Positions 46,770 through 60,960 of a stretch of 64,000 bases of DNA are shown here, in pieces. The notes beneath the pieces were generated by a model, which made no database searches, was not told the origin of the DNA, and saw nothing but the letters and a program-made list of their open reading frames with translations. Each line of letters starts with the position of its first letter. The first letter of the stretch is position 1. Origin of the DNA: Schmidtea polychroa (Eukaryota); contig CM097885.1 in the NCBI GenBank assembly GCA_044892525.1, positions 18,788,001-18,852,000 on the forward strand, given 5' to 3'. The translations under genes and the position numbers were made by a program.

Positions 46770-49177
46770 CTAGGGTGGAGCTTATTTTTGAACTTTCAAA
46801 ATATTACCTTCTTACCCTCCCATTCTGTTCCTATATATGAAAGAAAAATCCAGGCAAAATATGAACACAATTGAACAATATTTAGGGGTAGCTCAAGGAC
46901 AGAGAAGTTTCTGATACTCTTAAGCAGCGGCCGCCCATTTATTTACGGTACTTTACTATAGTAACTGAGAACTAAGTAAATTGAGACTTTCTCAGACTCT
47001 GATAATCATACAACATTTCAATCCTATTTTTACAATATACAATTAACACAAATTCTTCATAGTCCAGGCATGATCAGACTTGTTTAGTATGTTTACTGTG
47101 TGGACTGGCTATTGCAGGAGTTTGACAAATGTGTTTATAAATTTAAATTGTAAACAGTTGATAACACTACTATTAAAGTGAGCATTAAATTGCTGGTAGG
47201 CCACTGAAGTGAAGCAAGCCTTCCTGAATCTATAGCTGCTGGTAAGTTAGTTGAATGTTATTTGAATATTGAATATTATTTTCAATGTTTAAGTGTGAAT
47301 AGTAATTAAATGAAGATATAGATTAGTTAGATAAGTAAATGTGAATTTTGTAATACAATTATTCAAATTAACATATCAATCCATGATTCCAAAGTCAATG
47401 CTATTTTTATAATATTCATTTCAGATTCATTTCTGTAAGAAAATGTCATCAGTTGCAAAAGCAACACGATCTCAAACTGAGTTGTATCTTCTTGGCGATT
47501 CCGTGACTCAGTTACGTGGCAGCAAGCTGCCATCTTTACGTATGGCTCTTGGACTCTTCCTACATCACCATCTGGAACTGAAAGAGACAATAAGACAATC
47601 ATCGGCTGTTACCATTACAGAAGTATCGAAGAACTAAAGTGTCAGATCGCAAGGCTGTTTTCGTTATTGCAGAAACTGCTAAAAGCCTGGGACAGAACAT
47701 CGATGAACTTGCTCTAAACAGAAACTCGATTCGACGACTTAGGGTAGAACATCGAGTTCAGAGAGCTGCCAACATAAAAGCAGAGCAGAAGGAGTTGTTT
47801 TCACTGGCTTGTAGGCACCACATTATGGAACTGATAATTGGGGCAGTTTTCCAGGTCTGCATGGGAGCCTCATCCTCCCCAGAAGTTGCACTCTTCAAAC
47901 GCTTTCAAGAGTTCTGGAGATTTATAGATACGGCTAAGTATGAAGCAGGCACTACAGCTGATGACGTAGCAAGTTTACTGGAGGATATAAAGCAAGACAC
48001 CGTCGATTATGCCAACAAGTATCTTGAACAGAGTCAGCCGAGAGATGACTATAAAGAATTCTTGGAACTTGTAATTGTCTTCCTCGGTGCTGCTCCTCCC
48101 AGAGGTGTACGGTTCATGGCACCTGGTGCAATGCACCATGCTCGTTGGATGTCCAAGGTGATATACAGCCTAAAAATTTGGATGTTCAAGGCGCAGTTCA
48201 AGCTGACTACTGCAGAAGAGCGAGGGTTGCGTGATGTTTGTGTATTTGCAGTACGAGTGTACCTGAAAGCTTGGATATCTGCACCTCAAGCAGCAGGTGC
48301 TCCATTCAGTGACTTGCTGCTGCTGAAGTCGCTGCTCGAGTACTCATCAATACATGCAGCCATTTCAAAGGCAACATCTCGCAAGTTTGCAAATCATTTG
48401 TGGTACTTATCTGAGAAACTGGTAAGCTTGGCTTTTTTCGACAGTCGGGTCAGTTCGTCAACCAAACGACTGATGGTGAGTGCCATGCAAAATGATGAAA
48501 ACCAGGATTCTGATCATTGCAAACGTATCACAGTTGCTCTTGGTTCATTCAAAGAGAAAAACTTGGAAGATTTTGTCACAGCTAAATCAATGATTCTGCT
48601 TCAACAGCTTGAACTGCCAGATGGATTTCTTACAGTTGACCCAGACTTGTGGGGAGACAGAGATGATTACAAACAAGCTGCAGAAACAGTTACATCTCTA
48701 AAAGTTGTAAATGACCATGCTGAGCGTGGAGTGGCCCTCATTCAGGAATACAGTGGATTAATCACCCGTGATGAAACACAACTTCAATTCTTGCTGCAAG
48801 TTGTCCAGGACCATCGCAAAATGTATCCCGACAGCAGGAAAAAGACTCTGTCCGCCATCTCTGGGTTTACATAATAACAGTTAATTTCAAGTTTGCTGGA
48901 CATTTACAGATTGTTTGTGTCAGAAGCTAAAGAAACATTTCACTATTAATGTCTATGTGTGTAACACTGAAGTTTGCAAAAAAATAAAATAGAATCAGAA
49001 TTTGTTGAATTTACAAAAATTTTATCATATTTCAGGCACTTGAGCTACCTCTAAACATAAAAATTTATTGCTTAAACTTTTTATACAGTGTTTCTATACC
49101 ATAAGGAACAGATTAGGGGGGTAAGACTTTCAAAAATTATTTTTTTATTTTTTTTTATTTTTTAAGCTCCACCCTAG
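46770..49177 (+). mobile_element. hATm-type DNA transposon, internally deleted transposase (47443-47637, 47639-48874)
   Basis: 15-bp TIR CTAGGGTGGAGCTTA; LACRHH, PRDDYKEFL, HHARWM and VVNDHAERG motifs. The first catalytic Asp region appears to be missing. No TSD seen. Confidence 0.85.
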
Positions 49178-49840
49178 TCGGTATATATACTTGTTTTGTA
49201 CACGTGTATGTATTGATGCATTAAAACAAACTCGAATTCTTTTTATTCCAGAATTTTCTATTTTGTAATTTTCATATTTTTAATGGCAATTTTAGTGCCA
49301 TAATTTTTATTTTTATTTTTAAATTTTTATTCTTTAATTATTTTTTGTTAATTTTACGTCCATGATTGATTTGGAACGGTTCCAGAACATTAAATATTAC
49401 TTTTAATTTAATTTTTATTTTAACTGATGTTCTCTGAATTTCTTTTTAAGATTTTTTATTTTTATTACTAATTTATTTATTTTTTCTAAATTTTATTGTT
49501 TAAGGTAGCTTTTATGATGGTCATCGCCATTTTTATGGAATGTTCTGGGTTTTTCTGGAATTTTTTACTGTTTTTACCGTCTTTTAAGTTATTCGAGTTT
49601 GTTTTTTGTAACTCTATGTTTATTTGGTTATTTTTGAGTTCGATGTTGCATAACTTCTTGCTTTTGGTATAATTTTATTTAATTTCTGTGTTTATGCTTT
49701 TGTTGTTTTCCCCTTTAATTAATATTGTTTATTTGGTGTATTTTTAATATTTAACTACACTTTTTGCTTTTTGCATGTTGTGTACCTACGCATTTCAGCC
49801 ACAATTAGAAGTTTGGGTCTAGAAATCAGTTCTAGCCCAA

Positions 49841-50148
49841 CACTTCTAAGATTCAGGCCATACACACCTTTGGGAAGCCAAATTGTGTAAAGAATCTCCG
49901 AAGCTTTCTAGGCATTTGCAATTATTATAGAAGATTCATTAGTGAGTATGCAAAGAGAGCATGGATGTTAGTACAATTATGTAGTGATACGAGTAACAAA
50001 AAAATAAAATGAACTGAAGGAACGAATAACTTATTCGAGGGATTGAAGTTCACACTTCTAAGATTCAGGCCATACACACCTTTGGGAAGCCAAATTGTGT
50101 AAAGAATCTCCGAAGCTTTCTAGGCATTTACAATTATTATAGAAGATT
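49841..50148. repeat. ~97-bp direct repeat (49841-49937, ~50052-50148)
   Basis: CACTTCTAAGATTCAGGCC...TATAGAAGATT occurs twice with one mismatch. Confidence 0.9.
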
Positions 50149-51099
50149 AAAAATCAAATGTATAGAACTCAACACTACCTGGCTCAAACCCAGTGCCCTG
50201 CAGCAACTGCAACGAGCAAATCAGTTGTTGCATGAACAGTCGGTTCGAGATTAATTTAATTCGCTAACTGGAATAAAACATTCATCGTCTGAATTTTTAT
50301 GAAGATATGGCTCTATCGATAATGCTCCAAAAGGGTCCGCAGGTAGAATAATTTTTCCCACCCAAAACTGGCAAATTTCAGGTGTCCCGCAATTAGGTAG
50401 TGTAACCTCCGTGAACAAAAAGCGAAAATACAAGACTGGGAAGATGGAACACGTTGACAAACTTCAAAAAAAGAAACTTTCATAATGGAACCGACTCGGA
50501 AATTGATGAAGGATGTAGGAAAGACTTTAGCAGAAAAGCCATATATGATACATTTCGATGTAATATTTTAATTTGGTAATCTCTTGACTATATCTTACAA
50601 TAAAATGTTTTTAATTTATTTTTGTAATGATCAAATTTTGTGTCCCGAATGAAGTAGAGGGAAGAGTATGAGAAGTAAATATAGTAGTCAATAAAGGAAA
50701 AGAATTGAAATTGATGTGAATCGGAGATGATCAGAGGATGGGACCAGAGAGAGTAAATCTGACACGTTTTATTTTATCGGCAGACCACGGATCGAATGAT
50801 TCTGCGATTACAGGCAGTTCCCTTGTGGAGCGCACCCTTTGCTGACAACCACCATCTTGTCACAGTACTATCGTATCTTAGTAACGAATTTTATGTGGTT
50901 ACCGTTTTTGTCATGTGGTTTGCACAGGAATGCGATTGGTGAGGAATAAGCGATAAAAACATCAATTTAAAACATTGGTAGACAACATCAACAATCCGTA
51001 TACCCTCAATTTAACACCCAAGCAATTTAAAAACAGTCAAAATACAACTGTTGACACGTTCCCAATAATTATTAAAAATTTTTAATATAATTTAAAATC

Positions 51100-51440
51100 A
51101 GACTTGACTATTTCACCCATATAACTCTTATTGTAATCACGCATATTTGTCGATCTCTTCGGTCGATAATGTTCAAAAACTTGCGTACAGAGATGACAGG
51201 AAACCCGTCCAATTATGTGCCATTGCATCCATTACATGTAAATTGATAAACGAGATCAGGACACAATCCAACCGGAGTTATTAACTTATTAATAAACAAA
51301 TTGCGTACTTTACATGTATTAGAGACAACCTTATAATTTGAATTCCAAACTGCTTGCTTATCTTCCTTTTATAATCCGCAAAACCTTCTGAATAGGGCAA
51401 TACCAACACATATTTAGGCTCATCATCCTTAGCAAGAAAT
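51100..51440 (-). mobile_element. Penelope-like element remnant (RT C-terminus + GIY-YIG)
   Basis: Minus-strand reads VLVLPYSEGF and LVYQFTCNGCNGT*, then (frameshifted) IGRVSCHLCTQVFEH. Confidence 0.7.
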
Positions 51441-51700
51441 CAAATATTAAAAATGATATACAGCATTCAGAATTTATAAAAATTCAGTAAATTGATTGAA
51501 TGATTAAAATATTTCAATTTCATTTCAAACTATAGATCAATATTTAAATTTATTTAACAAGAATCTTCATAAATATCGTTCTGGGCCATTCCTTAGTAAA
51601 CCTAGATCGATTTAGTAAATTTCAAAAAAGAGAATGAAAGAAAATCGTTTTCTAATCATTTTATTCGCCATTTAAAACAAAACTCATAAAATTCTTTAAC

Positions 51701-54700
51701 TCAAATCGCTTTTAGTCTTTCGATGTCCTTTATGATTGACTGATTACCTGGATCCAGTTTCAAGGCAGCTTCGTAATCCAAAAGACCTAATGATTAAAAC
51801 TTAAGCTAGAGAAGTAAAATCAGATAGAAATCACCCTCGCTGTACATTTGTAAATTACAAAATGCAGCCCCTCTTCTTAAATGAGCTTTAATTCTAGACA
51901 TAAGGTTCTGAGCTACTGGAGGATTTAGTAGTTCAAGAGCTTTTGTAGCATCTTCAACTGCTTTGAAAAAATTTCTCATTTTGATATGACAAGCAGCTCG
52001 GTTAGAATAAAATCTAGGTATAATATTAAAGGACATTTGGAAAATTTCGGATAAAAATTACTCATGTAAATTTGGGTTGATCTCGAGAGCAAGAGTGTAC
52101 GCCGCCAAGGCCCCTCCGTAATCGCCAGCAGCAAAGAGATTACTGAAAAATTATACAATTTCAATTCCAGCGTTAAACTTGATTGCAACAATCAAAATAT
52201 ATTTAATTCGATTCCAATGACATCTCTCAATTCATGATTTCATTAATTAAAGAACATTGCTAGATATTTTTGGTTCTGTAAAAAGTTAAGTCAAAAAGAC
52301 TACATCATAAGAAATAAAAATGAATTGATTGCAATTATAGATATCGATTATTCAGAAAGTGTAGTGCAAAAGACTGAAATTCATAAAGGACATTCATTAT
52401 GTACGCTACGTAAATTATGGCACCCCGTCAAAATAGTCCCGTTATAATAGCTCTACAAGATTTATTGTAAGTAGCTATAATAATATTTATTTATACAGCA
52501 TTGTTATTTTACATTTAAATATAGTTAACATATAGTCTGAGTTTATCCAACAAAGTATTTTGACCCCCTAAGGCAGTGTTGTCCAAACTTTTTTGAGCCA
52601 CGGCACACTTGGCTGAATTAAAAATTTTCGCGGCACACCTAAATTTTTTTTTGCTTTATTTGCAATTTTTTATTGCACTTTTACTAATCTTTTAATAAGA
52701 AATGAAAAACTTATTTACTTGAAATAAATTTAATGTAAAAAATTTTAAATATGAATCCATAGAAATTACAACATTAAATAATGTTAATATTATTATTTAA
52801 TGTTGTAATTCTTATCGATTATTTGTTAAAACTTAGGGATAATGTAATGTAAATGTTATTGATTAAATTATATGTGTTGAAGTGTAGTTTTAATATTTTA
52901 CCCTTTTACATCAGTGAATATATATTTATATAAAGAAAAGAAGGGGGTGTGTGTAGAGGTAATGACAATGTTTTTTAGAACGCTGTTTTGTTTCAATACA
53001 GAATACATAAGAGCAATTTGAGCATTATTTTCATCTATCAACGTTTCTGTGAGTTCGTATTTTGAAGGGACACCGTAAATTATAGTTATTTTTGATTCCA
53101 CCCTTCTTGTGGTCATAAATTGACAGATAACCCTACCCCCCTTTGTTCTTCAGTCACATGTATGTAATTATAAAATTTTCAGTTGGAAAAAAAACAACTA
53201 ATTCCACTTTACATTTTATATTTTCTTGAACCTCTGCTTGGAATTTGGTCAATTCTTAATTAATTGAACTAGCAGTTGAAAAAAAATTAGTTTCAACTTA
53301 TTTCTTAATTTTTCTCAACTGAAATGTAAATATAGTGGCACAAGATCAGAGACCCTTTTGGCAAGCTATTAAATAAAACGGCATGTCTATCCTTATGTGA
53401 ATTAATTAATGAATAATGTATAAATCTGATTTTACTTAGATTAAAAATGTAACATTCAATTTCATAACGAATAAAACAAAAAAGAAACTTTAATTTATTT
53501 TGAGAAAATATTATTACGTAATAGATTGTATTTTAATTTACAACAATTATATGGGTAGCATAAGAGTTAAGTGGGCTAGCAAGGAAATGTGGATCATAGA
53601 TTGCGAATTACTTATAGCATGCTAGAACCTTTAAAGGCCTGAAGAACAGTGATTCTCAAGCCAAAACTTATTCCGAACCGAAAAAATATCCAACTTTCTT
53701 TTATGCGTATCTGTAACAATATTACTCCCAAATAATTACAAAAAACGGTTGTAAAGAATGATCAATACGTAATAAAGTCCTAATACCTACCAAAGCCCAG
53801 TAAAAGCCATGGGGAATGTTTGTGAACATGAGTGATACTTCTACTATATAACAAAAATAAGCTGTACATTTTTTAAGTTTTTAGTGGACAATTTAGATTA
53901 AAATTACCCACTGGTAACGGTCCAAGGACCCCCGGTTGAAAGACCCTGCTGTAGAGTTTACCTGTATATTGTTTCAAAACTGTAATAAAAATATGATTTA
54001 TACAATATCTTTTGCATTCTATTTGGTAGGTTAAATCGTTCAATTGAAAATATTAATTATGATTTCGAATTTTAAATTTCTTTTTTCATTTTCCCAAAAT
54101 GAAAATATATTTCGAGTACTGTCCTTGTAATGTTTTCCAACTTCATTTAAAAAAATTATTTGATTTTTAATGATTGTATATTTTATAGGTGGATTATTTT
54201 ATCGATTATTTACGTGTTTGTTTCATTATAGAAATTGTATAAACCGTGTTTGTAGGTTTCATTAATTTTTTCTAACCTTTCTACACGTGTAACTAGTAAT
54301 GAGTTTTTAGCACACAAGCAAGCTTATATGTGTTTTATAATATAATTTATTGATTATTTTTTTATAATAGACAGTTTTTATCAAATTCAACGCGGTGTAG
54401 TGCCATTCCTCACGAAGTGTTGTAAAAATCAGTCATTTTGTGTCATTATAAATTTGTAATCGATTGTGTCGATCAATAAAAATTTATATGGTCTGGAATT
54501 CGTTATTGTTGTCAGATCGATAATTGTCCATTTCACCGGCATCCCAACAATATCATCATATAGACTTTTGTATTAAATTGTATTAGATTTGATTGAAGAT
54601 TGAATTCAAATTATTTTATTAACGTTTTATATAATTGCATAACTGGGGGTAAAAATTCAACAAATGAAAATTAGATTAAAAATAGTCGCATATCAGGGAA

Positions 54701-57700
54701 AATTTCCTAAGGCATTTTGGATAGGTATCAAAAGATTGAATCAGCTTGCCATTTATTATAAAAGAGTATTGACAAGTTACTGTTATTTATTTCTTTGAAA
54801 ATTAAGGTTTATTGTAAATAAATTTATCTCATTATCTTTCTCCTATGCCTATTAGTAAATACTTAATTTCAAGATATTTAACACAAATTGGAATAATAAT
54901 CTAAAGAGTTTAATTGACTTACTTTCCTTTGTTCTTCAGCCATTCAGGGTTATTTTCTTCTGGTTTCATGTCAGCTGTGACTTTTATCGTATTCTGCTGT
55001 TTGATATTCCATTGCTTTTGTAACCACTAAAAAGCATTTATACAATGTCTTCGAGAAATAGTGAAATTCAAATGTTGATATAACATTAGCCAGAGGCAAC
55101 AGGACAACAGCTTTAGAAACCTCAAGGGTCGAGAATTTCTCCCCTTACGCCCGAGTGGCCTTATATGTTAATACAATAAAATTTGATTTTTTTTCGCCAA
55201 AGGAAGGTGGATATAGTGCTCAAATTCAATAATGAGAACAAAGCCAGAAAATATAAAATAAAACCTTTCTAAATATAGTTTAAAAATGCCAGTGAAGGAA
55301 ACGGAAAAACCAAGAATGAAACATCGAAATTAATTAACAAACTAATTAATTAATTAAAATATTGTTAACGCCATTAATCATTTTGATTGTGTGTAAACAA
55401 AACTAAATAATGAGAGTTTGGAACACTGCCATCTTCAGTGTTAGAAAAAGATCACTTACGTTCTTTTAGGGTTTAAAGCAAGAGTGTAATTCATCAATTA
55501 GATGTATAGCAAAAGGAGTGTTGAAGAAACTAGATCAAAATTGTGGTTTAATAAAGTTTTAAATTTGTTGAGTTTCAGTTATTGATATAAAAGATACGAG
55601 GAGTCAGATTTGAGTTTAAATGTTACTAAAATTTATATAAACCAAACCATGATAAGCTTTCCATAAGCTTTCCACATTTCGCTTCTAAGGTAGTTTTACT
55701 TTTCATTTAAATAATAAGGTATTTAAATAATTACTTTTTGCAGTTTTTATTAATAGATAACAGTGTGTAATCTAGGTCAATTTTAAATTTTATTAATTAA
55801 TTACTTTATTTAATTATTTATTTTTATTTAATTTTTTTTTACTTTATTTATTCTATTTTTTATTAATAATATTATTATAAAAAATTAAAATAACATGCAA
55901 TTAATAATAATTCATATTAATAAAAATAAATCTAAATAATTAAAAATAATTAAAAGTAATTAAAACTTAATAATTAACAGTAATAAAAATAAAATGAATT
56001 AAAATAATTAAAAGTAACTAATAATTATCATTAATTTAAAATCCCGCTTTATTTAGTCATCAGTGTAAAAAGTAAAATATTTATCGATTACTGTTATTTA
56101 GTAAGTAGTAGGGAAATACCAAAAAGTGCCTAGATGAAACATTATTATCTTTTCCGACTCTCCACATCCAATAATAAAAGCGTCTATATATGACATGCAT
56201 ATATAAATACATACAGAGACTGGCATTTTATTATTAGGTTTATATAACTAATTATTCTGTAGCAAGAGTGGTGAACAGATACGCTAGATATTTATAAGAG
56301 CACAAATCAAAAAAAAACGAAATAACTGATAAATGGATTTTGATATATAAATTTAGAAAAAAAAATTAATCAATTTTTCATTTATTTTCTTTACGATTAT
56401 AGATCAAAAATTTATATTACATTAAATAATAAATTTTTGAATTAAATATTAAAAGAAAACAGATGAAAAGTGAACCGAAAAATAAAATTTTGTTTAGTAT
56501 CGCAAAAATGTCTGTTCAGACCGGGAGAAATAGATGACATAATGAATAAGATAATTTATTGGAATAAGAACATGAAATTCTTGTCTTATTTAAATAAAAG
56601 AAATTAAATTTAAAGAGTAAGCTAAAATGTAATATTTTTATTCTTCTTCATTATTGATCTTTTTACAATTTCCTTTATTTTTATTTCTTTATTATAGTGG
56701 TTCTCAATTAATATAAAAGCGCGGAACACTGACAAAAAAATACTTGTCCACGATGAGTGACCAATCACAAATTACTATAAATCTGTCGTAAACGTAAAAA
56801 ATACCTTCTTATAAGCAAAGAAAATACCACGCACAACAATAACAAGCAATAAAACACTTTTATATTTGTATGTTTATATATCTGTGTAACGTCTTTCTTA
56901 TTGAATCATCTTATACAAAAATTAATTGAGGTTTTTGATGATATGTATCTTAAATGCAAATTTAAAGATAAAATATCATTTATTTCGCGGAACACGGGTT
57001 GAGAACCACTGCTTTATTACAATACTAATCAATATTTTATATAATATTTAATTCGAATTTCGACACGAAACCCTTGAAAAAAGATGTGGAAAAATTCGGG
57101 TAATTTCATGTTAGTTCAATCTCATCAAAAAAATGAACAGTTTCAATTATAAAAATCTAGAGACATTTACACATAGTCTGAGTTTATCCAACAAAGTATT
57201 TTGACCCGCTAGCGGTACAGGTCACATAGGTACTGGTCGTACTGAACATCGACGCACACACACTCACAACCAATTTTCAACAACTTTTTGGAATTTTTTA
57301 ATGAGGTCGAGATTACCGGAAAGTACCAAAATTCGTATTAAAAATAAATAAAGCAAAATATTAGTCGATAGTCTATAAAAAAAAAGAAACGAAGATAAAG
57401 GAAATTCCCGATAAGAGTTCCCCCAAGAACAGGACAATGTGGCAATTTGCAAATGTCTATTTCAAGTTGAATTATGAAATTTATAATTTTAAAATTAAAT
57501 ATATTTAATCAATATAATTTGATCAATAATATTTTTATTAGAATGAATATTTTTACTCTTTTGAAAATATGAAGATCGTGTTAGTTTCTTTCAAGAGAAA
57601 AATGTACTTCCAGCTGGGTGATTGTATAAAGAGAAAAGGAAAGCACGTTTTCACTTAAAGTTGATTAGATTTATCCAAATTTATAGTAACAATGTATTCA

Positions 57701-59710
57701 AGGTCGTTGTGAAAACTTTGAAATCCCCTTGGCCTCGGGAATTATTTTTCTTCATTTATTTTCAGACTCTCCATCAATATTTTTAATCTTTTATATTTAA
57801 CAAAAATTTTCATGTAAGAATTGAAGATAAATAAAATTTCAGAGGATTTTAAATCATTCCCCAAAAATTTCATATAGCGTATTTAACTGTATAAAATACG
57901 ATTTTTATTTTTTTTGGATGATAATCGTGGTGTGCATTATACAACAGAAAATAATTTTTTCCTATTTAGAAAATTTTCTGAGAAACCAGTATGGGTAAGG
58001 AAAGTAAAGAATAAATTGTTACAAAAATGTTAGTTAATTTTTAATGGTGCGTATTATATTTGGATGCGTACTACATTTTGATAAGTACGGTATTAATAAT
58101 AAATTAGATTGTTATAAAACCAGAATTAAAATTTGGATTTATATTGAGCGTTGTAAGGAGAGGGGCGAAATGGGACAGCTTTAAAATGTATATTTCCATA
58201 TGAATTATGAAGTTATCTATTTCAAAATTATTTACAATGAAAAAAAACATACTTTTCTATTATTGACAGGCAATATTTTAATATATTTAATCAATAATAT
58301 TTTTATTAGAATATCTTCATTATTTCTGAGCCAAGAAAATAGAGGAAAAGCGATTTAATTAAAAATAAGTTTCAGAATTTATTTAGAGAAAAATGTATGT
58401 TAATGATATAATCAAGGCAGTTGTGAAAACATTGAAATCGTCCTGGTCTCCTGAATTTAGTATATAAATGGATTTATTTATGTTTGGAGAATTCAGTTTT
58501 TATTATTAAATAAATTATAATTGCCAGGATTATTATAATTATAATTATAGGAATATATTATTAACATTTTCTAAGGCTTTCTATGTCAATTATGTTATTG
58601 GTATTTCTTTGGACTTTTTTTCGTGTAAGAAATAAAGATAAAAATAAATCATAATTGAAAAGATATTAGAATTTGATATTCAATTTTAGTTGGTCCATTT
58701 TGTGGGTTAAAATTAATATAGAATGCTAAAGAAGATGCGGGTGAGCAATACAGTGTTAAATTACTTCCTACCCCATTTGGAAATTTATATATGTAATGCA
58801 ATCTATTTGCCCCCCCCCGTCTCTCGTGAATTCTAATCTAGCGTAAATTTAACCTCATCCTCTTGTTGTTTGACGCTTTCCCGTTCCGGTGTTGGAAATA
58901 TGCGAGGGGTGAATGACACTTGTATTTTACAATGCTTTCTGATTGGTTCAATATACCGCTCGTGTTTGTTCTCATTGTCGAATATTTCCTGCTTATTTGA
59001 TTGGCTAATGCGGTTGCCAGTTGTTGTTTTCGTTTCGAGTTGCAGCTGATTTTCTTCGTCATTTTTCTTTGGGTTATGTTGAAAGTTTTCCCCTCCATCG
59101 ATAGATATCGGTTTAATTTGTGACTTTTTCCATTCTTCAAGCTCTTCCATTGCTTTTCGGGTTTCAGTTTCTTTTATGTTTTTAATTCGTGATTTTTCTT
59201 GTGATTCCAATTCCATCATTTGTCTGAGTGAATATCTGTTGCCTTCGTTTTTCTTTTCGTTCTTTTCTTTTTCTATTTTACTTATTTTTGATTCATATTT
59301 CTCCATTTCTAATAATCTTTGGTTATTGGCTGTTAATTTATTATCTGTGTTGATTGAAAAATAATAAATTAATAATAAATAAAACTTACCACATGTTATG
59401 TTATTTAAACAAGGCCAATCAGTTTCACTAATTTTCTTCAAACTGAACATTAGCATTCCATCGATAAAAACGACTTTACTATTCAAATCATCAATAGGTT
59501 CAAATAAAAAGCATTCGAAAATATATGGCACAAAATTTACCTTGGATAATTATTATTAATTATGATTAATTTTTATTATTATATTACCTTTACATATGAA
59601 TCAGTTGTTATAACATCGATATCTTTTTTAGATTTTCCTTTTAATGGAACATTAATAAATAAAGATTCTTTACTCTGAGACCATGTGTAATCTTTTATTT
59701 GCAAAACCAT
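51701..59710 (-). CDS. DNAAF4: Dynein axonemal assembly factor 4 (CS/p23 domain, coiled coil, TPRs); exons 59710-59588, 59540-59390, 59344-58854, 55026-54923, 52142-52062, 52013-51835, 51786-51701
   Basis: [58 protein letters not shown] and [10 protein letters not shown] motifs; all introns GT-AG. Confidence 0.93.
56695..57011. mobile_element. hAT (Charlie-like) MITE in a DNAAF4 intron
   Basis: TIR TAGTGGTTCTCAA / TTGAGAACCACTG; 8-bp TSD CTTTATTA. Confidence 0.9.
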
Positions 59711-60382
59711 TTAAATATCTTGTTACTAATGTCAATTTTTAATGATGATTTTAAACAATGTTAATTATTATTAAAAAGTGCTATTAAAAGTAATATTAAA
59801 TTTATTTCATATATTAAATATTTATTTATATTTATTTACAAAATTAAAAAATTCATGTTTAAAACTTAATTATTTACTATTTTTATTTTATTAAAAAGAG
59901 AGCTTGAAGATTATAAATCAGTAATATATCGATGTTTTTGATACTCACGAATTTTCACCACTGACTTTTTCAAGTGAATTTGATCATTATTGCATTTACC
60001 AATTATTGTTGGGGAAAAATAAATTCATTTCATATTTTATAATAAATTTATTGGTTTAATTATATTTTAATTATGTAAATTTAAATAATATTTCCTATTT
60101 TTATATTTTATTTTATAAAAAAACGTTTTAAATTTTATATATTTTAATTTTAAATTTAAATCCAAATTCAAATCCAAATTTAAATAAATGTCCCAGGGAT
60201 TTTTATAAATTTAGTTGAATGTTAATGGACGGTTTAAGTTTATTGATATAAAGAATCTCTCCGACTAATCTTTTAGTTAATGAGCTATTCGGGAATTTTG
60301 GGCAGGGATCTCCTGTATTTTATCCATTAATTAATACAATAGTTTGTTTAATTCCAAATGAATAGTTGTTCTATCAACATAA

Positions 60383-60595
60383 TGGTGGGTTACAGGTAAC
60401 CATACATTTTACCTCGTCGTGCTGTTTCAAGCGTAGCCCAGAATATAATAGTATCATACTGCTTGATACCGATTGAGTGATCAATGTTGATACTGTATCA
60501 AGTAGGTGAATGCTCGCAAGAAGTGAGTGCATTGCTTGCATTATAATTGTCAAGCACTTATTTGGGTTCACGGACTGCCGATAGAAGGCTAATGT
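60383..60595 (+). ncRNA. Candidate structured RNA element, copy B
   Basis: Homologous to copy A: GGGTTAC/GTAGCCC, ATTGA-GTGA-TCAAT and CTTGATAC/GTATCAAG. Confidence 0.55.
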
Positions 60596-60799
60596 AGTAC
60601 TTCTTGCTTATGTTTGGTTTTTCTTTTAATTTTGGTATTTTACTTTTGTCTAGTGTTTACTGTTATTTTTATTTACTTGATATTTCTAATGTTTTATTTT
60701 GAGTATGCTTAATGTTGGGTAAGGTGCTTTGTGCCGATGCATTCAGTCACAATCTCAACTTTGGGTGTAAAATTCAATTTTAGCACAACAGTACAATCT

Positions 60800-60960
60800 T
60801 CCTTTTAACAATATAACTAACAAAAGGAAATAATACATTTCATTGATACTCCATCGCAATCAGGAAAAGGCTTTTACTGAGCATATTTATTTGTTTCAGA
60901 CACAATTATTCCAACAAAAGAAATGTTCAAAATACTACAATGAACTCATTCGTTCATTTG
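60800..60960 (-). mobile_element. piggyBac transposase remnant
   Basis: Minus-strand IIVSETNKYAQ* ... YFLLLVILLKG resembles the start of the piggyBac DDE domain; short and interrupted by stops. Confidence 0.45.

Noticed and set aside
52530..57207. ~37-bp direct repeat (ATAGTCTGAGTTTATCCAACAAAGTATTTTGACCC) in two DNAAF4 introns
   Set aside because: Most likely the ends of a small dispersed repeat; no evidence of function.
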